Part shown: positions 26,602-39,008 of the stretch, piece by piece
Layout: each line of letters opens with the position of its first letter
Position numbering within the stretch: the first letter of the stretch is position 1
NCBI GenBank assembly: GCA_951406725.2
Contig: OX597832.1
Span: 44,578,001-44,642,000 of the forward strand
Source: Octopus vulgaris
Taxonomy: Eukaryota
DNA: 64,000 nucleotides
Reading direction: 5' to 3'
The notes under the pieces: model-generated
Database searches by the model: none
Seen by the model: the letters and a program-made list of their open reading frames with translations, nothing else
What the model was told of the DNA's origin: nothing
Translations under genes and position numbers: made by a program

Positions 26602-29533
26602 ATTTATATAAATATAGGTGCAAATGTGGCTGTGTGATAAGAAGTTTACTTTTCAACCTCATGGTTCCGGGTTCAATCCCACTGTGTGACACTTTGGGCA
26701 GGTGTCTTCTACTACAGCCAGACTAATGAAAAGGAGGGAGAGAGGAACTAGAGAACTGGCCCAAATGTTTACAACAGTAGACTCTGCTAAAGGTAACCTA
26801 TTTCTTTATTACCCACAAGGGGCTAAACATAGAGGGGACAAACAAGGACAGACGTAGGTATTATGTCGATTACATCGACCCCAGTGTGTAACTGGTACTT
26901 AATTTATCGACCCCCGAAAGGATGAAAGGCAAAGTCGACCTCGGCGGAATTTGAACTCACAACGTAACGGCAGACGAAGTACCGCAAAGCATTTCGCCCG
27001 GTGTGCTAACCAAGGACCAACCCATGCCAGGTTTTGAACTTAAAATGCAATGAATCAGAATAAATACTGCAAGCCTTATTGTCTGATGCTCTATCAATTC
27101 TACCAGTCCATTAGTCCTAGAGTGGTACTTATTTTTCCCCATCCTTCCAGGATGGAAAGTAAAATTGACCTTGGTGAGATTTGAACTCAGAATGTAAAGA
27201 GTTGGAGCTGAAAGCGCAATGCATTCAGTTAGACACTAACGTATCTGCCTGCCCTAAACTGTTACTTAATTTTTTTCAACCCTGAAAGGATGAAAGGCAA
27301 AGGTGACATAGGTAGGATTTGAACTCTGAATGCTGGAATAAATGCCATAAGGCATTTCCTCTAATGCTCCACTCACTCTGCCCATTTTACCACCCATAAA
27401 AGTATATTGTCAATTTTCACAAAATAACGAGAATAATATTGGTAATTCAGCAAAGGCAAAGATAAAAGAGACAGGTGAGTAACATTTATGGGAAAACATA
27501 GAGAGTTTTAGAGGTGCATTTGATATTTTTGCAAAGGTAGTAACAGTTTGTCAATTGGTAAATTATATTTTAACCTTTATACTAAAAGTAACAGACAAGT
27601 TGACTATTCTATCTTGACACAAGCCGACTGATCGATTCTTAGAAGAGCAATATGTGCTTTTATGTATTGCCATAAAAGCATGAAACATCTAGATGAGATT
27701 CAACTAAGTAATAATTTTGACTACGTTAACTCAACGATGAAATGGAATGAAATAAATTCAGTTAGTTCAAACTCAGATACTAATTAATGTCAATGAATTC
27801 AAATATTAACACACTTATTAATGAAATATACTTTCCTTTTGGGTATTTCAATAATTGTCACCACATAAAACATTTCAATATATAGTATGATGATGATGAT
27901 GATGAAGTATGACTAATCATCATCATCATCGTTTAGCGTCCGCTTTCCATGCTGGCATGGGTCGGATGGTTCAACTGGAGTCTGGGAAGCCAGAAGGCTG
28001 CACCAGGCCCAGTCTGATCTGGCAGTGTTTATACAGCTGGATGCCCTTCCTAACGCCAACCACTCCGTGAGTGTAGTGGGTGATTTTTACGTGCCAGATG
28101 AGGTTGGGAAATGGCCACGATCAGATGGTGTTTTGTACGTGCCACCGGCACGGAGGCCAGGCGAGGCTGGCAACGGCCATGATTGGATGGTGCTTTTTAT
28201 GTGCCACCGGCACGGAGGCCAGTTACAAAAAAAAATAAATAAGTAAATAAAAACATAAATGTTAGTTTTGTAGAAGTTCAAAAATTTTAGAAAAGTTTTT
28301 TTTTTTGTTTTCTAGAAATTTCCTAATCCTGGCACTAAAAATAGTGGCTTGGATATTTTCTAAATATTTTCCAGAACTTATGTATTTGTTGTCCACTGGA
28401 CTGTTGATAGCTTTTAGATAATAATTTGTGCCAAGATATCTTTAGTTTTTGTTTATATCAGCATTGCCAATGATGGAAATGTGGTTGGAGGAATATCACA
28501 GATATTGTTTTATATGTAAGATATATATGTAGGCCATGAGCAAAAAAAAAAAAAAAAAAAAAAAAAACCAACAAAATTATAGAATGCAGTAATACTCCTG
28601 CAAATGGGACAGTGTTGCTGCTTTTACGTACACAAAAATTCTGAGCTGCATCCAGAGAAAGATCACTCAAATTGGTTGGCATTCAATCACTAACAGACAT
28701 TCCAAACTTCTGGTCTACAGGCTTGTTACTTCCTCTCTCTATCATCACTACAAGGGAGCTGGCTGGTCTCATACCTTGACCATTCAAGCACCCTCGAGTC
28801 ACTTTTCTTATCACCTCTCATCACTATTATTGCATCCAACACCACTGACCTGCCACGAACAAAAAACCACTATACCCAGTTCTTTCTCCTGAAAATATCT
28901 AGAATCTTGTCCTTGCTTATAATTTTTTGATTGTTGCCAGAGCAACAAGCTGGCCTCCATGCCGGTGGTACATGAAAAAACATTCGAGCAAGGTCGTTGC
29001 CAGTGCCGCTGGACTGGCTCCTGTGCAGGTGGCACATAAAAAGCACCATTTGAGCATGGCTGTTGCCAGTACCGCCTGACTGGCCCCTGTGCCGGTGGCA
29101 CGTAAAAGCACCCACTACACTCTCGGAGTGGTTGGCATTAGGAAGGGCATCCAGCTGTAGAAACTCTGCCAGGTCAGATTGGAGCCTGGTGCAGCCATCT
29201 GGTTTGCAAGACAGCAGTCAAATTGTCCAACCCATGCCAGCATGGAAAGAGGACGTTAAATGATGACAATGATGATGTGTTATATCTGCATCAGTTCAAA
29301 TGAAACACCAACAACATCATGCACACCTGCATCACAGGACCTGCAAATGATGTGGTGCAGCACCTTCTTCCAGACTCAGCTAGTAAATACTGGCCCACCA
29401 GTTGAAGGAAGTTGTTGTCCAACTATATATCTACAAGTCGGCCCTAATCAAGCAGAGTATGATCAAAAACATTTTAATAAATGACCACCCTGTCTTTTTA
29501 GAGCATTCCCTTACATGTCTTTTCCTTATTTAA

Positions 29534-29753
29534 CCCTTTTGTTACTAACCCGGCCAAAACCAGCTCTGGCTCTGTGGTAAAATGTCTTGTTTTCATAAAT
29601 TTTGAATTAAAATCTTCCACCAAACCTTAGTCACAATTTATGTTCCTAACACTAGCTTAATGATAACTAAGTTATTTTACTAAATTCTTTGTCGTATTTA
29701 AAATAATTGAAAGAAACACAGAGCATCTCAAAATAAATACAGTAACGAAAGGG
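29534..29753. mobile_element. piggyBac-type MITE, family 1
   Basis: TTAA|CCCTTTTGTTACT...AGTAACGAAAGGG|TTAA; inverted copy at 20052-20273, partial at 21838-21974. Confidence 0.85.
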
Positions 29754-30249
29754 TTAAGATGGTAAGGAAGAATTTGAGGAAGATTTTGCTGGAACCCCTA
29801 GCAGGATAAGCTGCCACACAGAGGCTTCATTGTTGGTTTTAAGTATTTTGTTGTGTCACTAAGTAAGACAATTCTATGTGCAGCTGTGTTCTTTACTGAG
29901 AGGAAGAGATGCCAGACATTCTGGAAATATTCCTAGACAATTACTGACTCACATACTGACATTCCTCTGCTTTTATTCTTCACCGGACACTAAAGGAAAC
30001 CCCAATCCCCATCAGAAACATAGAAATGTGTTTAGTTAACCTAACAAAATGGCACCTAAACAAAGGAATAACTGAATGGGGACTGTATATATGCACACTA
30101 TCGCATAAGAATATTGATAATTTGCAAGAATGCGGAGAGAAAAAGAGAAACTGTTGGTGATCAGGAAGACGAGACAGAAAGAAGAAAGCAGAATAAAAAA
30201 GCAGGAGACAGAGAGAGAGAGAGAAAAAAAGAGTGAAAATGGGATATGG

Positions 30250-30294
<45 letters not shown>

Positions 30295-31025
30295 CATGTC
30301 TGTCTAGTGGTATGAGAGATGAATATATTTAACCACTTGACGTCCTTATGATTACAGCTGTTTCGCAACCCTCTTCATGTAGTAATAATTTCAGTGTGAA
30401 AGAAATGATGTTTAGATGTTTGCATTAATATGCATTATACAATTGTATGTTCACAAAACCAATGCAAATAAAGAAAGCTAGTTCATCAGATTATCAGAAC
30501 ATCATGGTTCCGTCAATGATTCAAAGAAGTGGGCGTGGGTGGGTGGGGGTGACATGATATAGGAGGAATGAAAAGGGGTTAAGAACAAGTGGACAGATGT
30601 GTAGATATTGTAATGAATCATGTTCATATCAGATATACTGCGAAATAAGTTAACGCTGACGAACCATTCTCTTGCTACCTGACCAGCATTACAAAGAAAA
30701 AAAAAAAAGCAAAATGTACTTCCTCATTCACAAGCCAGATTTTCAGTAGTTGCAAGGAATTACCAATATGGATAGGTTGAGAGAGAGAAACTTTTTCCTA
30801 TTTTATTTCATTTCAAACAACACAACAAAACCATGATATATGAGAAAATCACAATGTCAATATGCTAATTTGGCTGGGAGGCCAAATGAAATGAGTCAAT
30901 ATGTAAGTCACAGGCAATTTCTATGGCTCCACCTCTTTGGACTGAAGTTTATCTGTGTTGGGGACTAATAAATCAATCTTGTGGCACTGTGTTAGCTATA
31001 TATATACATATATATATACACATAC

Positions 31026-31061
<36 letters not shown>

Positions 31062-31113
31062 GTATATATATATATGTATATATATATATTATGTATATAT
31101 ATATATATGTATG

Positions 31114-31188
<75 letters not shown>

Positions 31189-31205
31189 GTGTGTGTGTAT
31201 ATATA

Positions 31206-31250
<45 letters not shown>

Positions 31251-33169
31251 GTATATATATATAAAAGTATATATATATATATATGTATGCATGTGTGTGT
31301 GTGTGTGTGAGAGAGAGCATGGAAAGCAGATGTGAAATGATATATATGTATATAATGAGAGAGAGAGATCAAATTCTAGCAAGACCACCTAGCAAAATAT
31401 TGAACAGCATTTCCTATTTCGGTAAGTCTGAATAAAACAAATTCTGTCGAAGCTCATTCAATTAAATTCAGATTCCACACTTAACACAGATTCCGCAAAC
31501 TCCGAAAACAGCATTATTTTATTACTACAAATTACATGGAAATATATAATTACAGCATGCTGAGAAGGCAACGGAACGGAGAGTGGTGGTGATGGTGACC
31601 TGTAAGAAGTGGAAGGCATGATAAGTAACAATGAGGATATGGAAGGTGTCATCACCATCATCGTTTTAACATCCAGTTTTCCATGCTTGCACGGGTGAGA
31701 TGGAATTTATCAAGAGGAAATTTTCTACAGTTGGATGCCCTTCCTATCGGCAACCCTCACCTGCTTACAAGCCAGGTAGTATTTTCCCATGGCCACATAC
31801 AGATTATGTGGAAGACTGGAAATGAACACTCCCGCTTGTATGATGGTGATGCTCATTTACACCATCACAGTGTCTAGATAAGGGTACACACATACAGACA
31901 TGCATAAATGGTGAGAATCTTTCAGTTTCCGTCTACCAAATCCACTTCCAAGGCTTTGGTCAGCATGAGACTATAGTAGAAGACACTGGCCCAAGATGCC
32001 TAGCAATGGGACTGAACCAAAGACCACAAGACTGGGAATCAAGCTTCTCAACCATACAGCCATGCTTGTGTATGATTTATTTCACATATAGGTCATCATC
32101 ATCATCGTTTAATGTCCGCTTTCCATGCTAGCATGGGTTGGACGGTTCAACTGGGGTTTGGGAAGCCAGAAGGCTGCATCAGGCCCAGTCTGATCTGGCA
32201 GTGTTTCTACGGCTGGATGCCCTTCCTAATGCCAACCACTCCGTGAGTGTAGTGGGTGCTTTTTACGTGCCACCGGCACAGGTGCCAGACGGGGCTGGCA
32301 AACGGCCACGGTCGGATGGTGCTTTTTACGTGCCACCAAAGGGAAAAACATTCACGGGGGAGGTAGATCATAGTTGACAGTATCATCCCCAATACTCGAC
32401 TGCTACTCATTTTATGAGTCCCTGGAAGGAGGAAAGACAAAGTTGATCTCAGTGGAAATTGAAACCAGAACATGAAGGGAAGTAACTATGTAATGCAAAA
32501 GATTTTTTGTTTGTAATGCTCTATGTAATAATAGGCACACAGTCTGAAATGTCAGGGAGAGGGGTTAGTCAATATACTGACCCCAGTACATGAGCAGGTA
32601 ATTTCTTTTATCAACCCTGAAAGGATGAAAGACAAAGATAACCTTAACGGGATTTGAACTCAGAACATAGACATAACGAATACTGCAAGGCAATTTTTCT
32701 GACACCTTTTATCTTACCAATTCACTGCCTTAATAATCATAATAGTAAATTTTTTCTAACATTGGCACAAGGCCAAATAATTTACAGGTGGAATATATAA
32801 ACACTGATGCAGACCCACACTGCACCCCTCTCTCTCTCACCATGTGTGTGTATGGCTTGCACTCCCAGCCAGTGGAGTGGAATCATTTGAAAGCTACATG
32901 ATGCAAAGTGCATTGTGACCAGCAATTTATAACATCAGATAGTCTGGTTGATCATGTGATCAATATATATATTACTTATTATATTATATTTATCATTCAT
33001 TTTATACTTTTTGAAAATATATATATAAGAATATTTAAATGGATGAATGAATTATCCTTTGTTTACCGTTAACATGGAAAATTCAATAAACAGTTACCAT
33101 GGATGAAGCGACCAATTCAAAGGTAGAAACTCCAGGTTAATGTGCAGTAATTTGTGTATTATAAATAAA

Positions 33170-33462
33170 TAAATAAATGGAGTTGAATGAAGATGTTATT
33201 AAAATTCTTTTACTTTCAACATATGTTTCGAAGACAACATGGTATTATTCCAAAGGAATAAACGGTGTAAAATGTAATCTTCTCATCAGGAAAGAAAAAG
33301 AGCCTATCTCAACAACAAGACATTATAACAATTACGTTGACTCTGATGAGAAGATTGCATTTTACACCGTTTATTCCTTTGGAATAATACCATGTTGTCT
33401 TCGAAACATATGTTGAAAGTAAAAGAATTTTAATAACATCTTCGTTCAACTCCATTTATTTA
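33170..33462. repeat. long inverted repeat, about 120-bp arms with 53-nt spacer
   Basis: 33170-33289 versus 33343-33462, two mismatches seen. Confidence 0.95.
33206..33301 (-). ncRNA. type I hammerhead ribozyme motif (Penelope-type), canonical core
   Basis: CTTTTTCTTTC-CTGATGA-GAAGA..TCTTC-GAAA-CATATG-TT-GAAAGTAAAAG; stems I and II pair and stem III is palindromic. Confidence 0.75.
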
Positions 33463-33856
33463 CTTATATATATTATATATTATATTAATTATATATATTA
33501 TTTGTTATTTATGTATTGGTTTATGTCTATCGCAGTTTGAGTTGCCTAATAGTGGTTTTATCTCTAATTCATATTTTATATATATATACTGTTAAATTTG
33601 ATTTAATACTAAATTGAATTTTTCCCTGTAAGTTTGGAGTTATACTTCCTAATATTATTATTATATATATACACACACACCCAAGGTGCTGCACTATGCA
33701 ACTGAACTCCAAACTACTTGGTTGCAAAGCAAACTACTAAACTACATAGCCATGCCTGTGCACATTATACACACACACACATTATATATATATATACATT
33801 ATGGAGATGTACTTGCATAGCAAGTGATTTGATCTGAGATCGTGTGCTGAAACGAA

Positions 33857-34082
33857 AACAATTGCAGCGTGGAAGGTGTTTGTAAGCCATTTAAGAAACA
33901 CACAAAAGCCGTTCGATTCACTCCAACATTTAAGTTTAATTTGTCAAAATATTTTCATCGCTTTAAGACAGCGACCTGTTCACTGACAAAAATCTGTGCT
34001 GCATCTTAAATGTTGAAGTCAATCGAACAGCTTTTGTGTGTTTCTTAAATGGCTTACAAACACCTTCCACGCTGCAATTGTT
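33857..34082. repeat. inverted repeat, about 78-bp arms
   Basis: 33857-33934 versus 34005-34082 with few mismatches. Confidence 0.93.
33940..33990 (-). ncRNA. minimal hammerhead-like motif, G3-C8 core variant
   Basis: TTTGTCA-GTGAACA-G-GTCGCT-GTCTTAA-AGCGAT-GAAA-ATAT-TT-TGACAAA. Confidence 0.6.
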
Positions 34083-35306
34083 ATATATATATATATATAT
34101 ATAATAGTTTTAAATTTCTTTCATATGTTATACACACACATAAAATCATGGTTTAATTAAAAGGTAGCATCAGTGACTGTGACTTTTGCAGGGCCTCTAA
34201 AACTAGTTAAGCTTGATATGGTTGATGTTCAACTCGATGCTTTGGAGAAGAAAGGATTGTGAAAGTTAATTACTATATGACCTCTGGTTAGAGTGAGACA
34301 ATGGGCATGATGAGAGGAAATGAGATGAGTGTGTCAGATGGAGGTGGGCACAAAGCTAACAAGTTCAGAGAAGCAAAGGCTGTTGTAGTAGTTGTAGACT
34401 AAGCAGAAAGAGTTCCACATCATTATTATTATTATTATTATTATTATTTTTATAACAAACGGATTTACTATGGCATCCTAAAGGAATACATGTATTTCAT
34501 TTTATAAAATATCGCTTGAAATATTCCACTTTGGGAAAAAAAACAAAAAAAACATTTTCAAACTTGATCACATAGAAACTGCGGTGATGGAGTACTTGAA
34601 GACATTCCGATGGAAAGGGTTTCATAAAAAACCTAGCATTTATATGTAAATTCCTAACTAGATAATGCAAATATTTGTTTTCAAACTTAACAATAGTTCG
34701 TTTCAAAACACACATCAAATATTGCTTTGCATAATTGTAGAATTCCCCACAGTATACACATGAATAAAAAAAAGATTTATGTGTATGTATTTATGTGTGT
34801 GTGTGTATGTATGTGTGTATATATATATATATATAATCAAAAGAAGCAACAAGGATATCCTAGGTAGTGTAGTACAATTGTTTCATACTATTTCATTTTG
34901 TTAAACACTGTATTACATCAGTTTTAAAATGTCGAGCAATCTTCAGCCACATATAGTATATATATATATATATACTTCTAATATAAGGATAAAATTTTAT
35001 TAAAAAATTTTATCAGTGGCCGGCATATGAAAAATACCTTTTAAGGTGAAAATTATAAATACAATTATAAATAAGGGCAAAAAGAAAAAATGTCTTTGTC
35101 AATATGTCGAAAAATATTTTTCAGCATATTGACAAAGGAAATATTTTAATTTTGCCCTTTATATATATTTAGATAGGTAGATAGATAAACACCAGTTTGA
35201 GGTGTTCTTAATACAAATATCATTACAGATGGATAGTTTTCTTAATATATCAATCATTCCTAATCAACAAGAGGGAAGTGTATCTATTTTGTCCATCTGT
35301 GTTTTA

Positions 35307-35519
35307 CAAGGGGTGGGGTGTTGAAAAGTTCCTGGCTTCGGGGAAACGAAAATATCGGAGGATTAGTTAATTATGATTTTATTAAACATATTCCCCTCTG
35401 ATATTCACACATTTGGTCCTTCAGTTTTTCTAGGCCCTGTTAAAGAACTCGGAAGGTTGGGCCCCCGACTAGGCCTTTTGCAATACCCTAAAAGCCAGCA
35501 ACCTTCCAGCACTCCCTTG
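35307..35519. mobile_element. mariner-derived MITE
   Basis: TA-flanked with imperfect TIRs (CAAGGG..GTGTTGAAAAGTTCCTGGCTT). Confidence 0.65.
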
Positions 35520-35746
35520 TACACATGCTTTTCAATGCTAGCATGGTGATTCATTTGAGGTAGGATTTTATGGCTAGATGCTGTTCCTGTTGCCAAATCT
35601 TACCTGTTTTTCTAGTGAGAGATACTTTTTATTTCACAGATGTTTGAACAACACAGCAGCTCTGCAATAATGTCAAACATTAGCAGTGCTTTGCCCCAGC
35701 AGTGATGAACAAGGAATATATGTGACGCACATTTGTGTATATGCAT

Positions 35747-36075
35747 ACATCATCATCATCATCATTTAACGTCCGCTTTCCATGCTGGCATGGGTTGGAC
35801 GGTTCGACTGGGGTCTGGGAAGCCAGGAGGCTGCACCAGGCCCAGTCTGATCTGGCAGTGTTTCTACAGCTGGATGCCCTTCCTAACACCAACCACTCCG
35901 TGAGTGTAGCGGGTGCTTTTTACGTGCCACTGGCACAGGTGCCAGGCAAGGCTGGCAACGGCCATGATCGGTTGGTGCTTTTTACGTGCCACTGGCACGG
36001 AGGCAAGTCAGGGTGGCACTGGCAATGGCCACGTTCGGATGATTCTTTTATGTGCCACCGGCACTGGTATCACAA
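35747..36075 (-). mobile_element. (GAT)n-tailed non-autonomous retroelement family D, representative copy
   Basis: GGCGTTAGGAAGGGCATCCAGC motif and (GAT)n tail; other copies at about 1183-1378(+), 10694-10895, 19374-19677, 27918-28222, 28955-29277(+), 32093-32337, 41262-41575, 52076-52420, 55322-55515. Confidence 0.8.
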
Positions 36076-38141
36076 CTACGATTTTCATTGATTTTTAAGT
36101 GATTTCGATTTACATATATATATATATATACAATAGGCATCTTGCAGCTTTCATCTACAAGATTCCTCCTCATGGAATCAGCCAATTTGATGCAATAGTA
36201 GATAACACCTTAGGCGCAACATGGAACAAAATCCCAAATCCTGTTGTTATGAAGCAAACCTCTTAACCACACAGTCATATATAATAACGAACTTATTGTG
36301 TCCAGTGCTCAGGTGCACTACAATTCACCAGGAAAGGTAGACAAAAGTGCACAAACAGTATATAAAATATGCACAAGAAGTGAACTGTGACTGAGTCATT
36401 ACAGAGATTTGTAGTTATACTTAAGTTAAATTACGTGGTATAATGAGTAAACAACTAGACTGATCCAAGACAATAAAATAGTGTATGTCTTGGTTCAACT
36501 CAGTAATCTCCTGACTAGATTATTAATTAAGCTGCTTTCATCTATTAAATAAATCTATTAACACAAACACACAAGTTTACAAAGTCGAAAGAGCTCGGAA
36601 TTAGTGAAGGTGTATTTAACGAGTTGCAGATGATAGAAGCTATTGCAAAAGTGAAACACAACAAAAGCTAAAGGTGCTCTTTGGACTGTATCTACATTTG
36701 CTATTTTTTGATGGGGACAGTGGTGACAGGGTTTCACTCGTCTTAGTTTAATGTGGATTCTGTGGTGACAATATCAAACCAAATGAATTGTTGAACAAGA
36801 GACAGTGACGCTCTGTTGCCAGCATCTACAAGCTGTTCACCCTTACAGTAGACACAGTCCAAACAACATGTCTAATATATATTGCTAAATTATTGCAGAG
36901 AGAAGCAATTACATGCACATGCTGCTAATATGGCACAAGATAAATTGCATCTAAAAGAGATTAAACATTGTCAGACAAACGCGCATAATTCAACAGTGCT
37001 GATTGATTATAAGGGAAGGTATACTTTGATTATACAAGGTTTGAAGCAACAGAAGGCTCCCACATTACTAACAGCTAGCTAAAGTGAAAAATGGAGTTTT
37101 ACTATTATATCAAACTTAACACTTAAAGACAATTGCTCTCAATGATTTTTAACTAAAACAAGAAGAAGTAAAAAAACAAAGCTGAACATGGCGAAATTTG
37201 GACTTGAAACATCTGATCAAGCTCTCGAATCCAATGCTTTTATTTACGTAGTAACATCTGGCCAAGTTACCTTGATAATACTAATAATATTTCAGCTGCT
37301 GTTGGTCAGGAAGATATTAAAAAAAAAACAAGATTAAAAAAAAGAAAAAGAAAAAAAAAAGAATTGGACATTGAATGTAACTATTTTAGAATATGACTGT
37401 TCCAAGTTCAAATTATGCATGAATCAACTTTGTCTTCTATCTCCCTGAAGTCCCCAAAAAATTAAGCACCAACAATATATATATATATATATATATATTT
37501 ATTTTTTTTTTGAGTCACATTCAATCCTCTATATTTCTACCTGTACGAAATTTCACTTGTGCCTGATCAAAAGAAATCAGTATTTTAATTGTTAATTTTT
37601 TTTTTTGTGTGAAAGGAAACAATTACAATGTAAAATAATCTGTGTTAACTGAAATACAACATCGAATTGATTTATAACAACACAAATGTATGCTTTTTTT
37701 TTTTCCCTTTTTTTTGGTAACAGTGACAAACTTACTATCAGATAACAAAAATCACAAAAAAAAAGTCAAACTCAGGTAAACATTACATTTCTTCAATGGC
37801 CACCATGTTATCTCTTCCTACTCCCAAACTCTCTTCATTTAGTACAATTAGTACAAAACAAGATTATAGACAGTTTGTAGACAGGTAAGATTTCTTTGAT
37901 CACATCAAATTAGCATGCTACTTCTTAACGAGAAATCATCCCCCTATTTTTATTGCATACACTTTCTCTTTCTCATCTCTCTTATAAACACACACACACT
38001 CAAGCACTGACAAGGTAAGGTACTTAAAGATTCGTTAAGGGAATTTCTAAGGAAGCTAAGACCGAAAATGTAGTCGCAACAGGTATGCACCCAAGAAATT
38101 CATGATCAAAAAGTAAATATTTCTCATATTACATCCTAATG

Positions 38142-38342
38142 CAGTGCTTTTCAACCTTTTTGCTGGAGTGGAACCCCAAGGAAACATTCCACTGGCTTGA
38201 GGAACCCCTGTGCAATAATTTAATAGTCTTATGCACACATATCTGCACAGGAGAATTATAAATTACTGCCGATTTTAGCAGTTTTGTAACTTCTTGAGGA
38301 ACCCCTGCACTGTACTGGCGGAACCCTGGTTGAAAACCACTG
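38142..38342. mobile_element. hAT (Charlie-like) MITE
   Basis: TIRs CAGTGCTTTTCAACC / GGTTGAAAACCACTG; perfect 8-bp TSD TCCTAATG. Confidence 0.9.
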
Positions 38343-38807
38343 TCCTAATGTCTTAAAAAAGGAAACAAGCCTAAAAAGAAAGCACCTGCCCCCAGTGGTT
38401 AAGGCTAGACTGCTTTTCACCACAGATTTACTTGATAAGGGCTGACCTGGGACTAAACAACTCTAATCGCTATTAAACTATTCACTGGCTTATCAATCTT
38501 TTGTTATTTCAAAAGATGCACGATCTAGGAAAAATGCTATTCACTTGATTATACAGTGCAAAAATGACAACGCCAGTTACCTTCACCTCTTTTTACTATC
38601 ACCATTTACTGTGAGAAAGTCTGGTCTTATGTTAGGCACATAAAACAATACTAGGCTAATGTCTTAGCTTGGTGTCTTTTGTTATTAATTCAGTGGAATG
38701 TCTGGTCTGAATTAAATCAGAAAGACATTATTTAACATTATTTGTTGCAAAGAAAACCCACTGGAAAATGAGATTTTTAGCTGCAATATATACATACATA
38801 TACATAC

Positions 38808-38857
<50 letters not shown>

Positions 38858-38959
38858 ATAAATATTAGGGAATAAATCCAAACTTACAGGGAAAAATCAG
38901 ATTTAGGATTGAATCCAATTTTATAGTAAAATATTATATTATATTTTGTCTCTAATTTA

Positions 38960-39008
<49 letters not shown>

